A stretch of DNA of 64,000 nt, taken from the NCBI RefSeq assembly GCF_001194135.2, contig NC_068998.1, positions 13,920,363-13,984,362 of the forward strand, read 5' to 3'. Positions 1 through 12,784 of this stretch are shown piece after piece. The notes below the pieces were generated by a model. The model did no database searches. It was not told where the DNA came from and saw only the letters and a list, made by a program, of their open reading frames with translations. The stretch comes from Octopus bimaculoides. Taxonomy: Eukaryota. Each line of letters begins with the position of its first letter. Position 1 is the stretch's first letter. Position numbers and translations under genes: made by a program.

Positions 1-47
<47 letters not shown>

Positions 48-1694
48 TATAATATTTCTAAATCTCTATACATATATATATGGCAAGCTCCAGTTTTCAG
101 TTTTTGTCAACTAAATCCACTGATAAGGCTTTGCTCACCCTGGATCAATAGTAGAAGACATTTGCCCAAGGTGCTATGTTATAGGACAGAACCCAAGGCC
201 ACATGGTTGGGAAATAAGTTTCTTAACCTCACAGCCACACCTGTGCCTATAGCTTATCTAATGAAAATCAAATCAAAATTAAAACTAGAAGTAATATAGG
301 TGAATACACTAATTATCCTGCAAATTGTATTTTTTTTTTCTTCTTTCATACTAGTTCAGGTTGGATGGATCTGAATTACAATTAGTAATCTCAGTCTGGA
401 AAGGGACAATGGTACTAGGGCCCATAAAAAAAGTAGGAGGAAGTCAGACTGTACATCAGTGCTGGGTCTGTAGCGCCTGGTAAGGACTTGTATAGGAGCG
501 TTAAACTAAGTGTCTTTTCAATATTTAATCCTACGTTAACTTAGAAGAGTTCAAATCTTAAAAGGGTCAATAAAATAAGTACCAGTCATTTTTTTAAAAT
601 CTTTTAGTGAGGAGGGAAGACAATGCTCATGACCTCTGTGACTGCTAGGAAGAGAGGAAGGTATCTTTGAAGACCCAGCTCAAATACTTGTAATAGAGTG
701 GACACACACACACACACATATATATATGATGGGCTTCTTTCAGTTTCCGTCTACCCAATCCACTCACAAGGCTTTGGTCGGCCCGTGGCTATAGTAGAAG
801 ACACTTGCCCAAGGTGCCACGCAGTGGGACTGAACCCGGAACCATGTGGTTGGTAACAAGCTACTTACCACATAGCCACTCCTACGCCTATCCCTAGAAA
901 ATTAATGTTACATAAATATGCGTCATACTAATGGAGAGCGGGGCGGAGAAATAAGATTGCATAATGTGTTTACTTCTCTCAATGATTTTAACGAGCAATA
1001 TATAAAGTGAAATATTTATAATCAGAGAACAACATCAAGTCGCATCTTCCACTTGGGTGTAAACTAACAAAAATACAAATTTACATCCGAACAAGAGTTA
1101 TACAGCTTTTCTTGTTCGTCGAATATTAAACAAACTGATATGAACAAAGGTTAATACCATTGTTGGACGGTGACTAAAATTATATTTCCTGACATAAATT
1201 TATTCCGTTCACATTGCTATCACTTTTCGAGACGATAGATGTTTCGATCGTACTATATTTGTCATATCTGCTCGGTATGATTAAGCATTTTAACAACCTT
1301 GGTTAGCAACACAGGAATAAAGCGGTAATTACGTGTCTTATAGAAAAGATAACGAGCTATATTTGACGATGGCAAACGGTTTTCAAGGTGGAAGTAAGGG
1401 AGAACAACTCTCAATACGGTAAATATTTTCAAGTGGGGTTTTTGCAAATACTGGTACAGAATAGTGAAAGTGATATATTTTCAATAATGAAAATATTAGT
1501 AGAGTGATACTTTTCCAATTCCTATATTAATTTGTAGAGGTATTTGCACGAAATCCATGCGCTGCTGAATCGTAACTGATAACACACTTGCCAGTCATAG
1601 ATATAATAAACATCACGCCTTCAGGACACTCCTCACAAGTCATTGAACTTTCATCTGACTGCGACTATTGTTGCTTCTCTGCCAAACTTACAAA

Positions 1695-1794
1695 ATGACG
1701 TCCACTGGTCCAGAAAATTACCTGCCTTACTATGCCGAAGGAAACGTAGTCAAAGGATTTGGTCGGGGCAGCAAACAACTTGGTTTTCCCACAG
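1695..1794 (+). CDS. RFK: Riboflavin kinase, coding exon 1 (MTSTGPENYLPYYAEGNVVKGFGRGSKQLGFPT-)
   Basis: ATG at 1695 in caaaATGa context. Encodes the GxVVxGFGRGSKQLGFPT(AN) signature of riboflavin kinases. Donor ACAG|gtaaat, 100 nt, phase 1. Confidence 0.95.
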
Positions 1795-4462
1795 GTAAAT
1801 AAGGATTTCTCATATACCTAATGTATATTCAGCCATCTATCAAGGTTAACCCCTTAAGCGTCCTATCCTTTTCTTACCTCATGTATTTTCCAATGTTTTA
1901 AGATGATTATTTATTTTTCCCTTTTCTCATTCTATAAATATTCCAGTTTTCCTTCGAAGAAACAATATTATCTTAGTTTGATTACATAAGGCTTTGCATG
2001 CGGTCATTTTCTGTGATCACTCCCCCTTACAATGAATTTTTTTTTTTTTAGTTGTCTAAGGCCTGATATATATAATTAGGTACTATTTATTGGTAGTTAC
2101 CATCTTGGGAGATGATAAATAAACACCAGCACTATTCTAGAGTTTTCCTTTTTGTTATAAAGTCTAACCTTGAGTCCGGTATGAGGGATAAAAAAAAATC
2201 GAAGAAATCGGTAAACACTTTTTTCTTCCAGGGGGTTGCGGCGAGTGCTCTCTTATCAAAGTCTGCGGTTTCGTGTCGAATCCTAGTTAGAGCCTAAATT
2301 AAGACGACCAGTTTGCTCTTGAAAAGAAGGACAAACGACTTCATTTAATTGTTTCTTTTTCCTATAAATGCCGGATTTTAAACCTTAGATATTACTCATC
2401 ATTCAAACATTTCCGTAACTCCCTGCCCTCCACGCAGATAGCATATTCCTTGCAGAAATGTTCAACAGCTGTTTGTCTTAATTTACTTTGTTATTCTGTC
2501 ACAAATCAACTCCGATCGAGTAGACCTATGATCAAAGCAATCAAACCGTGACCATCCCATTTTTAAAGAAGTACCTAGGGCTATAATATCTGATGTGATA
2601 TATTTCTTTAAGACTGGGATGTGAGTTGAGGGAAATTTGGCTCCTATGTGTAGCAGATCGAACGCCCACAAAAAGGTTCCCACGTTGCCGCGTTTTGTTT
2701 TTTCTTTCTTTAATAAGGCACATTAATTTGGTTGGCAAAGTGTTATTTAATCTTTTCCCTTTGGTAAAGATCCGAGTTATTTTATCTCGTATGCTTTAAT
2801 TTAGACTTCAGATAAAGATCAGACATATTTTACACTCCAAGCTATCATAAGAAAAAACAATACAATAAATCCCTAATGATATAAAATTAATATGTATAAT
2901 GACACAAGGGAATCAATAAGTTGTATAAAGAAAATACTCGAATATATTCTATGTTGTATTTAAATTCACAATAATTATAGCTTTGTGTGTGCGCGGTATA
3001 CATAGATATATATAAAAAAAACTCATCCAGCATGACTTTAAATTGACTACCTCTGAGAATAAAAATCTTTGTTTACATTAGTTACGGAAAACGCTTTATT
3101 TGTCAACAGATTTTCTGGAAACTATTCTGTTTGTGTTAGCGTGTATATTCTCGTATATTCCATCTTCCGTCTTTCATTTGCCATATATATATATATATGT
3201 ATGTATACACACACACATATTTGCGGGAAAGAAATCGTAAACTAAATATCCATTCAATTAAAAATGTAAAAAAAAAGAAAAAATTGGCTTCTTTTTAGCT
3301 TTTATTCTTTTAAATGTGGGTATTTTTACCCCTCCTCTAAATCTTACTATGCTCTTTAAAAACAAAAATTGATTTACAGATTTTTGTTTAGACCATCAGA
3401 CATTTAGAATCTTGTTTTAGTTTTGTTTCAAACTTTGGTCTATAACCATGCTGTATCACCACTTCTTTTTTAATAGTTATACTTCGAAGAATATAAAGAA
3501 TTATTTGATGTTGGTGGGGTGTAAATATATTTATTCGCATTTGCAGTGTTTAAATACATTTTACCTATTACATTTCCATCCGTTTTAAATTGAAACAAAG
3601 GCATTTTAAACTTTCAGGAAGTAAATGGTACCAATACTTTCATTATAGAAGACATTATTTTATTTATTTTGAAACCTTTGCATATGAATCCCATAAATAC
3701 TAACATACTACATATGAATCCCATAAATTGACCGGTCGTTTCTCATTTAAATCACAATGACTGCAACTTATATCAAAACCCCACGATGAACTATCCTTTC
3801 GTTATGAGCACATGATTTGATACATAACACTAGTGGAACCCTGATGGGCAAGTTTAAAGTGTAACAATTATGCTTAGGGTTTCACGTGAACATATCGTAT
3901 TCGCTGTAATAGTGGTGGGGCGTCGAAAACGTCCGTCTCACTGTATTGATACATTTTTAGAAGGTATGTATCTTTCTTCCACTGATAACTTTGATAAAAT
4001 ATATTCATTGGTGGTCTTATGATGGTACTTGAGGGAAGTTCTTGCTGTGCTTTTTTGCCTGTAAAGAATGAATTAGAAGAATAAAGAGTACTTATGTTGT
4101 TGAAATTGAGTAGGTCGTAAAAATTGATGAATCATCTTTCTTCTAGCGAAATATCTTGTTGAACACGTGGTTCTAACATTCAAGTGATTTACCTGTCACC
4201 GCTCAAACAAAATTTTTGTTTTACACTTGACTGTCAACAATAAACCGCTGACACATTGACTAATCATAACAGGTTGACATGGAATTCTGCAGAGGCGCAA
4301 TAGGAGGTGACATTGACAATAAAAAAAAAACTCTACTAAATTCTTGGTAGAGTTTATTCGGCAATTTCTGTTTCATGAAGATCTCATCAGACAACAAATA
4401 CAAGATATAAGGCTGGTAGACGTAGCTCGCACAAGGCCGAATAGAAGTGGGAAAGCGATGAA

Positions 4463-4830
4463 ATCGAGGAGTTTAAGGAGTTCGTCTTCTTCGGGCACAC
4501 AGTGAATATGCGCTGAGATATGGACGCTCAAAAGAGAATAAGGGCAGTATGGGAGGCATTTAACTCAATAAAGGATATGCTCAAAACAAAACTAGATAAT
4601 ACCATATGTGCTAGATTCTTCAATAACACCGTCCTACCTGTGCTCTTATACGTGAGACATGAGCTACTACGAAGATGATAGAACATCGATTGGTTACAAC
4701 GCAAAGGGCCAGGGAAAGGCCCATAGTAGGATTATCATTACAGAGCTCAGTACCAAAAGCATAAGTTCCGCTGGGCCCGGACATGTCGCGAGGTTCACAG
4801 ACAACAGGTGAACCTATGCAGTTGACGAAT
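4463..4830 (+). mobile_element. Degenerate RTE-clade LINE, RT C-terminal fragment
   Basis: Frameshifted translation IEEFKEFVFFGH..KRIRAVWEAFNSIKDML..FFNNTVLPVLLY.ET.ATT..RLVTTQRA.ER..(W)AGHVARFTDNR matches RTE RT/thumb motifs. Stops and frameshifts present. Confidence 0.75.
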
Positions 4831-5425
4831 GCAGTTCGTAAGCAAGCTACTTACCACACAGCCACTCCTACACCTATGACCTGTGTATTTTAAGTGTAAT
4901 CCCTCTTTGATATCATCGTCATTTTATACATATTTATTCAGAGATTGAGATGGATAAAACTCAAATCTACCCTTGAATCTTCTGGTGTAAACCAAATTAT
5001 CTCACCTCTCATTTCATTGTAATTAAGTGAACGTGCCAAATCTCCTGAAAGATAACAATTCTACCTATGCATGCCAATGAATTAATATTTGTAAATTTGT
5101 TGTTACTATTGTTGTTGTTGTTGTTTCAGTCATCCAGGGAATTTCATGGAGTCGTTTGATTTGCTAGGAATAACAGCTGAAATTCCCTTATGCTAATATA
5201 TTACTTAATGCTCCTGACTTTAAATCATTTAACATTGTTTCATGTTGTTTAATGCATTGCAAAACTGAATAAAAATTTACGGATTTTAATTGTTTTTTTT
5301 CCCCAAAAAAACTTTGAAAATTATGTACATATGAAAAAAAATGTGTTATCCACGATGATGAATACTGTAATGTTGACTTAAATTTTAAGGAAACAGAGTT
5401 TAAAAGTCTGTTAGTATTTGAAAGA

Positions 5426-5750
5426 GTGAAGGCATGTGGCTTAATGGTTAGGGTATTCGGCTCATGATCACAAAGTTGTGAGTTCAATTCCCAGTAACGC
5501 ATTATGTCCTTGAGCTAAACACTTTATTTCACGTTGCTTCAGTCCACTCAGCTGGCAAAAATGAGTAGTACCTGTATTTCAAAGGGCCAGCCTTGTCACA
5601 CTCTGTGTTATGCTGAATCACCCTGATAATTATGCTAAAGGTACATGTGGCTGTGGAGTACTCAGCCACTTGCACGTTAATTTCACAAGCAGGCTGTTCT
5701 GTTGATCAGATCAACTGGAACCCTTGTCATTGTAACCAATGGAATGCCAG
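5426..5750 (+). mobile_element. tRNA-headed SINE (head E + family-B tail), RFK intron 1
   Basis: GTGAAGGCATGTGGCTTAATGGTTAGGG..GAGTTCAATTCC head, then the shared TCAAAGGGCCAGCCTTGTCACAC..GGAATGCCA tail. Confidence 0.8.
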
Positions 5751-6687
5751 TATTTGAAACCACTGGACCGTTAATTCTTCTGGAAAATGCATGTACATTA
5801 CAACTTTTGAGTTTCACTTCTACACGTTTCAAACTTAGTGAAATTCTTGTTACTTAATCGGCATGCCACAAATTCTAAATGAAGTCATGCAGTATGTCTT
5901 GCAAACAACTCGCACATGAAAGTGCTACCAGTCGAGAACTCTGCATACCAGAAGCCAGCAAGCGTTGTGGGGTCATCAGGAGAGAATGCGCGCCGTTTCG
6001 GGGCCTACCTCTCGACAGTATCAATGCACACCGGCCCCCATCTCTGATATGAGGCCCCGCTTGCTAGATCAACTGGTTATTAAAAACAAAGCTCAATATT
6101 TCTCTAGCCATCGCTCATCATCTCTTTTTAACCAAATCCAGTGGCTAGCCTCCTCCACTGTAGTTTAACAACTTTCTTTTACATAAATTGTTGTAGAAAA
6201 GAAATTCTTATGGAATCTAAAAAAAAATGTGTTGAACAAAATATGGGGTGGCCATAGCATGAATACTTTTGATCATAATTTTTTTTCAGTCTGGGCTAAC
6301 CTAGATCTAAACACCAAGGTTGTTGTAGCTCCTCGGGTCAGCCCTGATTGAACAGATTTATTACCAATTGTTTTCCTTTGCGGGGAGACATTTAGGATAA
6401 TGGTGGCTGATTTGAGAACTGTATTATTGCATGACCCCACTCAATTTTGGATATTAGAGTTATTTCCCCCTTGAACTTCATAAAATTTATCATTACCGCT
6501 TATAATTTATTGCTTCTCCATTGATTGACCGCTAACTCCAAAAGTTTCTTTATTCTCTCTCTCTCTCTCTCTGTTTAGTTCCTTGTGTTCCTTTCTGTTA
6601 AAGAGCATAGGCTTGAAACATAAAAGACTTTCTCACCTTCCTGAGCGTCAAACTAATACACCTGTCTTCATCTTTGTTTCTCTGTAA

Positions 6688-6692
6688 ATTTC

Positions 6693-6762
<70 letters not shown>
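6688..6762. repeat. (TA)n microsatellite (representative of many TA, CA, GA, CAT, AAT and TAGA repeats in the window)
   Basis: Read directly. Others include 1-41, 9069-9106 (CAT), 21733-21805 (AAT/CAA), 36625-36750 (TG/CA) and 39655-39730 (CT/CA). Confidence 0.95.
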
Positions 6763-6765
<3 letters not shown>

Positions 6766-6936
6766 TATTTGATTACATATGAAAATGAATTTATAGACAA
6801 ATTGAACATTAACTAACAGAGAAAAAAATTATAAGTAGAAGCAGGCTTTATGATAGAACGTATTATAGTGACAGAAAGTTAATAAGTCAATTATTACTAG
6901 ACAAAATAATTACTGATTTAATATTTATTGTTACAG

Positions 6937-7088
6937 CAAACCATGATGAAGAAGTAGTTAGTAAATTACCATCTAGCATGGACAATGGTGTCTACTATGG
7001 TTGGGCAAATGTTGATAAAGGACCAGTTTACAAAATGGTCCTTAGTATTGGATGGAACCCCTATTATAAAAATGAAAAGAAATCTATG
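6937..7088 (+). CDS. RFK: Riboflavin kinase, coding exon 2 (-ANHDEEVVSKLPSSMDNGVYYGWANVDKGPVYKMVLSIGWNPYYKNEKKSM)
   Basis: Acceptor ttacag|CA completes PTAN. Contains the GVYYGWA and SIGWNPYY motifs. Donor ATG|gtaagt, 152 nt, phase 0. Confidence 0.96.
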
Positions 7089-9068
7089 GTAAGTCAGTTT
7101 TTTTGGTTTTTTTCCAAGACTTTCATTAAGTATATTGTTTCATTGATTGTCGTCATTGGATTCTGATTATGTTGGGTTTTAGCCAATTGTATTTGTCTTA
7201 GTTTTTATTTTAGTCTGACACTTATTTTATCAACATCTGTCTGTCAAATGACAGAGCTATCTTTTGATGTAAAGGGACATAATGCACAGTTTTGGGTGCA
7301 CATATATTAATCTCTACCTATCCACCTACTTACCTACTGTCTGTCTGTTTGTCTTTTTATCTCTCTGTTTGTCTGGCTGTTTGTCTCTCTATCTATTTAT
7401 CTGTCAGTTTGTCTATCTATCTATCTATCTATCTGTGTGTTTGTTTGTCTGTCTATGTGTAAGCATGGCTGTGTGGTTAAAAAGCTTGCTTTGCAACCAC
7501 ATGGTTTTGAGTTCAGTTCCAATGTATGACACCTTGGGCAAGTGTCTTCTACTATAGCCAGGTCAGAAGCCCATCTTCTGTGTGTATGTCACCCCCTCCC
7601 ACATGTAAACACACACTCCTTGACAGTCAGTCCTAGTTTGTTTACATCCCTGTAACTTAGCAACTCAGCAAAAAAAATAAAAAATGATACAATAAGTATA
7701 GAACTTAAAAATAAGTACTGAGTTCTATTTATTCAACTAAACCCTTCAAAGTGGTGCTCCAGCATGTCAACAGTGTAATGAGTGAAGCAAATACATGAGT
7801 ATGTATGTATGTATGTATATATATGTCTAATAATAGACTCTTAGACGTTTTCCATCCATCAGTTTGAAATCACAAGGCACTGATCAACCTGACAATATAG
7901 GAGAATACATTTGTTCAGATGCAACACAGTGAGATTGAACCCAGAACCATGTGGTTACCAAGTTAACTATTACATCTCTCAGATGTGCCTCTGTTCCCTA
8001 CTTGTTGAAATTTCATTGCATTAACATCTTTTTTTTGTTTTTGTTTTGTAACTTCCAGTCACAAGTTTTACCCCATTGTATGTTCTCTTTTCATAACTGT
8101 CTGTTATGTGTGTGCCAACTTTTTTGTTTTCTATTCATCTGCAACATAGAATAAACAAACGAATACAGTTATGTAAACCGACTGCTATTGTTGCTGAGCT
8201 GGCAGATTCGTTAGCATGCTGACTGAAATGCTTAACAGTATTTCGCTTCAATCTGAGTTCAAATTCCGCCGAGGTCAACTTTGCCTTTCATCCTTTCGAG
8301 GTTGATAAAATTGAACACTGGGATCAATGTAATTGACTGATCCCCTCCCCCAAAATGGCTGCCTTAGTGGCAAAATTTGAAATTATTATCGTTAGGCGGC
8401 GAGCTGGCAGAAACGTTAGCATGCTGGGCAAAATGCTTAGTGGTATTTCATCTATCTTTATGTTCTGAGTTCAAATTCCGCCGAGATTGACTTTGCCTTT
8501 CATCCTTTCGGGGTCGATAAATTAAGTACCAGTTGCGTTCTGGGGTCGATCTAATCGACTGGTCCCCTCCCTCAAAATTTCGGGCCTTGTGCATAGAGGT
8601 AAAAAAAAAAAATTATTATTATTATTATCATATTTACTCAGTAGCACCATGTGGTGAAGTCTTTAACCCTTTAGCATTCAAACAGGTCATATCCAGCCAA
8701 AATATTTAATCTGTTTTATATTGAAACTGACCAGATCTGGCCTCTCACCTCAATCCTCAATCTGGCCATTCACCTCAATCCTACATTCTGAATTCAAATT
8801 CTGCTTTTCTTCCTTTCAAGGTCGATAAATTAAGTACCAGCGAAACACTGAGGTTGATGCAATCAACTCGTCCCCACTTCCCACAAATTTCACTTCAATA
8901 GAGGCCACCAATCAAGCAGAGCCAAGCATAGTGAAGTGGCTCCTCAGTCAAAGTGGACAGCTATTTGACACATCCTGTAATCACTGGTTCATTGTGTCTC
9001 TCTCTCAGAACTCACAATGACCCAGTTTACTTAGCTGTCAGAAATTTTTTTTTTAAAACTACTTGAGA

Positions 9069-9107
<39 letters not shown>

Positions 9108-9670
9108 TTAACATCTGCCTTCCATGCTGGCATGGGTTTGACCCAGACATCGACAAATACTCCATTGACTTTTATACAGTATAACCTCCCCCGCCACACA
9201 CACACACACACACATATAACATCTTACTGATTGCCAAATGGGGACTTAACACATACACATACACATAACAGGCTTCCACACAGTTTCCATCTACCATATT
9301 CACTCACAAGGCATTGGTAAACCCAGCACGGTGCGACTGAACTGAAAACTATGTGATTGCAAAGCATGCTTCTTAACCACTACCTAAGAGTAGACCAAGA
9401 ACGAGATATTTGGATAATATCCAAAGTCTCAGTTGGTCATGGTTAGGAATCCAGCAGGCATATGTAATAACAGTTGCTTCTGATTAGACCCTAAGGAGGA
9501 GGTGCTTGAAGACTCACAACGCTCCCAGGGATAGTGGGTAGAGAAAATGAATAGATGGATGGATGGACACTGCTTCAAGCTAACTATAACGCACAGCTAA
9601 AATATTTTGTTCATTATTACTTTTTTTTTTTCCCCACCACTTTGATTTGTTCAATTTTACCTTCTTGTAG

Positions 9671-9773
9671 GAAACTCATATATTGCACACCTTCAAAGAA
9701 GATTTCTATGGTCATTTATTAAAAGTCATTATAGTAGGCTATCTTCGACCAATGGCAGATTTTAATGGTCTTG
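9671..9773 (+). CDS. RFK: Riboflavin kinase, coding exon 3 (ETHILHTFKEDFYGHLLKVIIVGYLRPMADFNGL-)
   Basis: Acceptor cttcttgtag|GAA. Contains ETH (catalytic Glu), DFYG and GYLRP motifs. Donor G|gtaagt, 103 nt, phase 1. Missed by the ORF track. Confidence 0.96.
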
Positions 9774-10204
9774 GTAAGTAGTGGCAGATTGGTGCCCTTT
9801 CTCCTTCTTGTTTTATTTTTGATTGACAGCTATTTCTAAAAAAAGTGTTGTTTTATCTAAAGAAAAAAGTCAAGCATTTGAAGCAGAAACATCAATAAAT
9901 AATTGTTAAAAATACACAGACAAAAACAAGGAGTTCAGTCTAAGCTCAAATGAGAAAGAAAGGCATATCTCGCATATGTAATATAGTGATTGCAAAAACT
10001 TCAATTAGTTGTATTGTCTTTCTTATCCCAGAATTTCAGTCAACTAATCTTATTAGAATTACCTCATATATTTGTTGCTTTTAGATTTTAATCACTCCTT
10101 AGTGGAAGATTTTGTCTCTAAATTGCTTGGATAATCTCAACTGATCAGTGTTTTTCAATTCAATATTATATATGTGAAACCTTATTAAAGATATATATAT
10201 TTAT

Positions 10205-10409
10205 AGTACCGCCTGACCGGCCTTCGTGCCAGTGGCACGTAAAAGCACCCACTACACTCTCTGAGTGGTTGGCGTTAGGAAGAGCATCCAGCTGTAGAAA
10301 CTCTGCCAAATCAGATTGGAGCCTGGTGTAGCCATCCGGTTCACCAGTCCTCAGTCAAATCGTCCAATCCTTGCTAGCATGGAAAGCGGACGTTAAACGA
10401 CGATGATGA
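10205..10409 (+). mobile_element. SINE family D (RTE-like 3' tail, (GAT)n end), 5'-truncated
   Basis: Ends GCATGGAAAGCGGACGTTAAACGACGATGATGA. Other copies at 10684-11873(-), 24355-24518(-), 29621-29910(+), 48137-48385(+), 52590-52760(-), 58645-58824(+). Confidence 0.85.
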
Positions 10410-10683
10410 GTAGTTTGCAGAATGCTCCCTAAGATACTTTACCTCAGCTGTATTGTTGATATTTTAGTCTGAATTGTCTAACATGTTGTTTCTCCCTAAA
10501 AGAGATAGTGAGAAAACAGAGAGTCTATCAATTCAGAGAAGCAGATGATATTTCTTTTGTTGTTTGTTCATCTACAGCAGAGTTACAATGCCTGTAATAT
10601 ATTTATGGCTCTTGACTGAAAAATCGTCATCATCGTCGTCGTCATCTGCAACATTATCAAGTTGCAAGTTGAGCACATTGTCT

Positions 10684-11873
10684 CATCATCATCATCATCA
10701 TTGTCTAATGTCCGCTTTCCATGCTAGCATGGGTTGGATGATTTGACTGAGGACTGGTGGAACCGGATAGCAACACTAGGCTCCAATCTGATTTGGCAGA
10801 GTTTCTACAGCTGGATGCCCTTCCTAACGCCAACCACTCAGAGAGTGTAATGGGTGCTTTTACGTGTCACCCGCACGAAGGCCAGTCAGGCGGTACTGGC
10901 AATGGCCACGCTCAGAATGGTGTATTTTATATGCCACCCGCACAAGAGCCAGTCCAGGGGCACTGGCAACGATCTCGCTCGAAAATCCTACGAAGGCCAG
11001 TCAGGCGGTACTGGCAACGGCCACGCTGNNNNNNNNNNNNNNNNNNNNNNNNNNNNNNNNNNNNNNNNNNNNNNNNNNNNNNNNNNNNNNNNNNNNNNNN
11101 NNNNNNNNNNNNNNNNNNNNNNNNNNNNNNNNNNNNNNNNNNNNNNNNNNNNNNNNNNNNNNNNNNNNNNNNNNNNNNNNNNNNNNNNNNNNNNNNNNNN
11201 NNNNNNNNNNNNNNNNNNNNNNNNNNNNNNNNNNNNNNNNNNNNNNNNNNNNNNNNNNNNNNNNNNNNNNNNNNNNNNNNNNNNNNNNNNNNNNNNNNNN
11301 NNNNNNNNNNNNNNNNNNNNNNNNNNNNNNNNNNNNNNNNNNNNNNNNNNNNNNNNNNNNNNNNNNNNNNNNNNNNNNNNNNNNNNNNNNNNNNNNNNNN
11401 NNNNNNNNNNNNNNNNNNNNNNNNNNNNNNNNNNNNNNNNNNNNNNNNNNNNNNNNNNNNNNNNNNNNNNNNNNNNNNNNNNNNNNNNNNNNNNNNNNNN
11501 NNNNNNNNNNNNNNNNNNNNNNNNNNNNNNNNNNNNNNNNNNNNNNNNNNNNNNNNNNNNNNNNNNNNNNNNNNNNNNNNNNNNNNNNNNNNNNNNNNNN
11601 NNNNNNNNNNNNNNNNNNNNNNNNNNNNNNNNNNNNNNNNNNNNNNNNNNNNNNNNNNNNNNNNNNNNNNNNNNNNNNNNNNNNNNNNNNNNNNNNNNNN
11701 NNNNNNNNNNNNNNNNNNNNNNAAGGCCAGTCAGGCGGTACTGGCAACGGCCACGCTCAGAATGGTGTATTTTATGTGCCACCCACACAAGAGCCAGTCC
11801 AGGGGCACTGGCAACGATCTCGCTCGAAAATCCTACGAAGGCCAGTCAGGCGGTACTGGCAACGGCCACGCTG
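10684..11873 (-). mobile_element. SINE family D copy with 115-bp internal repeat units, spanning an N-gap
   Basis: The unit AAGGCCAGTCAGGCGGTACTGGC... starts at 10878, 10993, 11723 and 11838. It explains the overlapping long ORFs called here. Confidence 0.8.
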
Positions 11874-12668
11874 TCTCTTCATTTAAAAATATGCCTAACT
11901 TAATTTTCACCCTTGAAAGAAATAACTCATAACACCACTCGTGCGAAGACACATGACTTAATGTTTGCATAGTCAAAAGCTAATAGTTTCAACTCCTTAA
12001 CTGATTCGTGCATTGTGTCCTTGCACGAAATATGTAATTTCACATTACTCAAGACTGCTTAGTTGTAAATGAGTTTCAGCAATACCTGGGAAGTTAACCA
12101 TGTGGAGGTACAGTGTCCTGTTTGGTGGCGAGTCTTGTAATCTTTGTCAGTTATATGCCATGGTAACCAGGTTAAACTTTGGTTGTATGTGCCCTAGGGC
12201 TCATGACAGATCTAACCTAGTTCCACTTGTCTTTATAGCATATTGGCAAATGGTTGCTGATGAGTACAAGCATGGCTGTGTTGTTGACGTGTTTGTTTCA
12301 CAGCTATATGGTTTCTGGTGCAATTCTAATGTACATTGGATAAATGTTTTTTGCTATAGTTTTAAACCAACCATACCCTTTTGAGTGAAATTAAATGAAG
12401 AGAAAATATGTGGAAACCCTTCAGATGGACTGTTGATGCTTTTCTATGGTATTTTTACTATGTTACTGTTTAATAGTACTACTTGGCCTTTGGGTTCCTT
12501 AATCATTCAGGCTAAGTGCTCAATCTGAAGATAATTTTGTCCCTTCCTCTCTGAAAGGGCCTGAAAAATGCCATAGGCGTTCCTTTTTCTTTCCTGAATA
12601 TGCTATAATTTTTTTTGTTTTTAAATGTGTGTGTCTTTCCAATAAAATTTGTTTTATGTTACATTCAG

Positions 12669-12784
12669 ATGAACTAATTAAAGCTATAGAAAATGATATT
12701 GAAAAAGCATCAACTCTTTTGGAAATGCCGAACTTTTTATCTTATAAAGATGACAACTTCTTTGGAGCTGACGAGCAAAGTTGA
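12669..12784 (+). CDS. RFK: Riboflavin kinase, coding exon 4 (-DELIKAIENDIEKASTLLEMPNFLSYKDDNFFGADEQS*)
   Basis: Acceptor acattcag|AT completes GAT. The LIxAIxxDI helix and DNFF end match the RFK C-terminus. TGA at 12782-12784. Total CDS 471 nt = 156 aa + stop. Confidence 0.94.

Noticed and set aside
1262-1447. Divergent gene upstream of RFK
   Set aside because: Short non-ATG ORF with no motif or splice support, though a divergent transcript cannot be excluded.
10757-11932. Long ORFs of 248-391 aa (also 14338-15468)
   Set aside because: They consist mostly of N-gap X residues plus SINE sequence; not genes.
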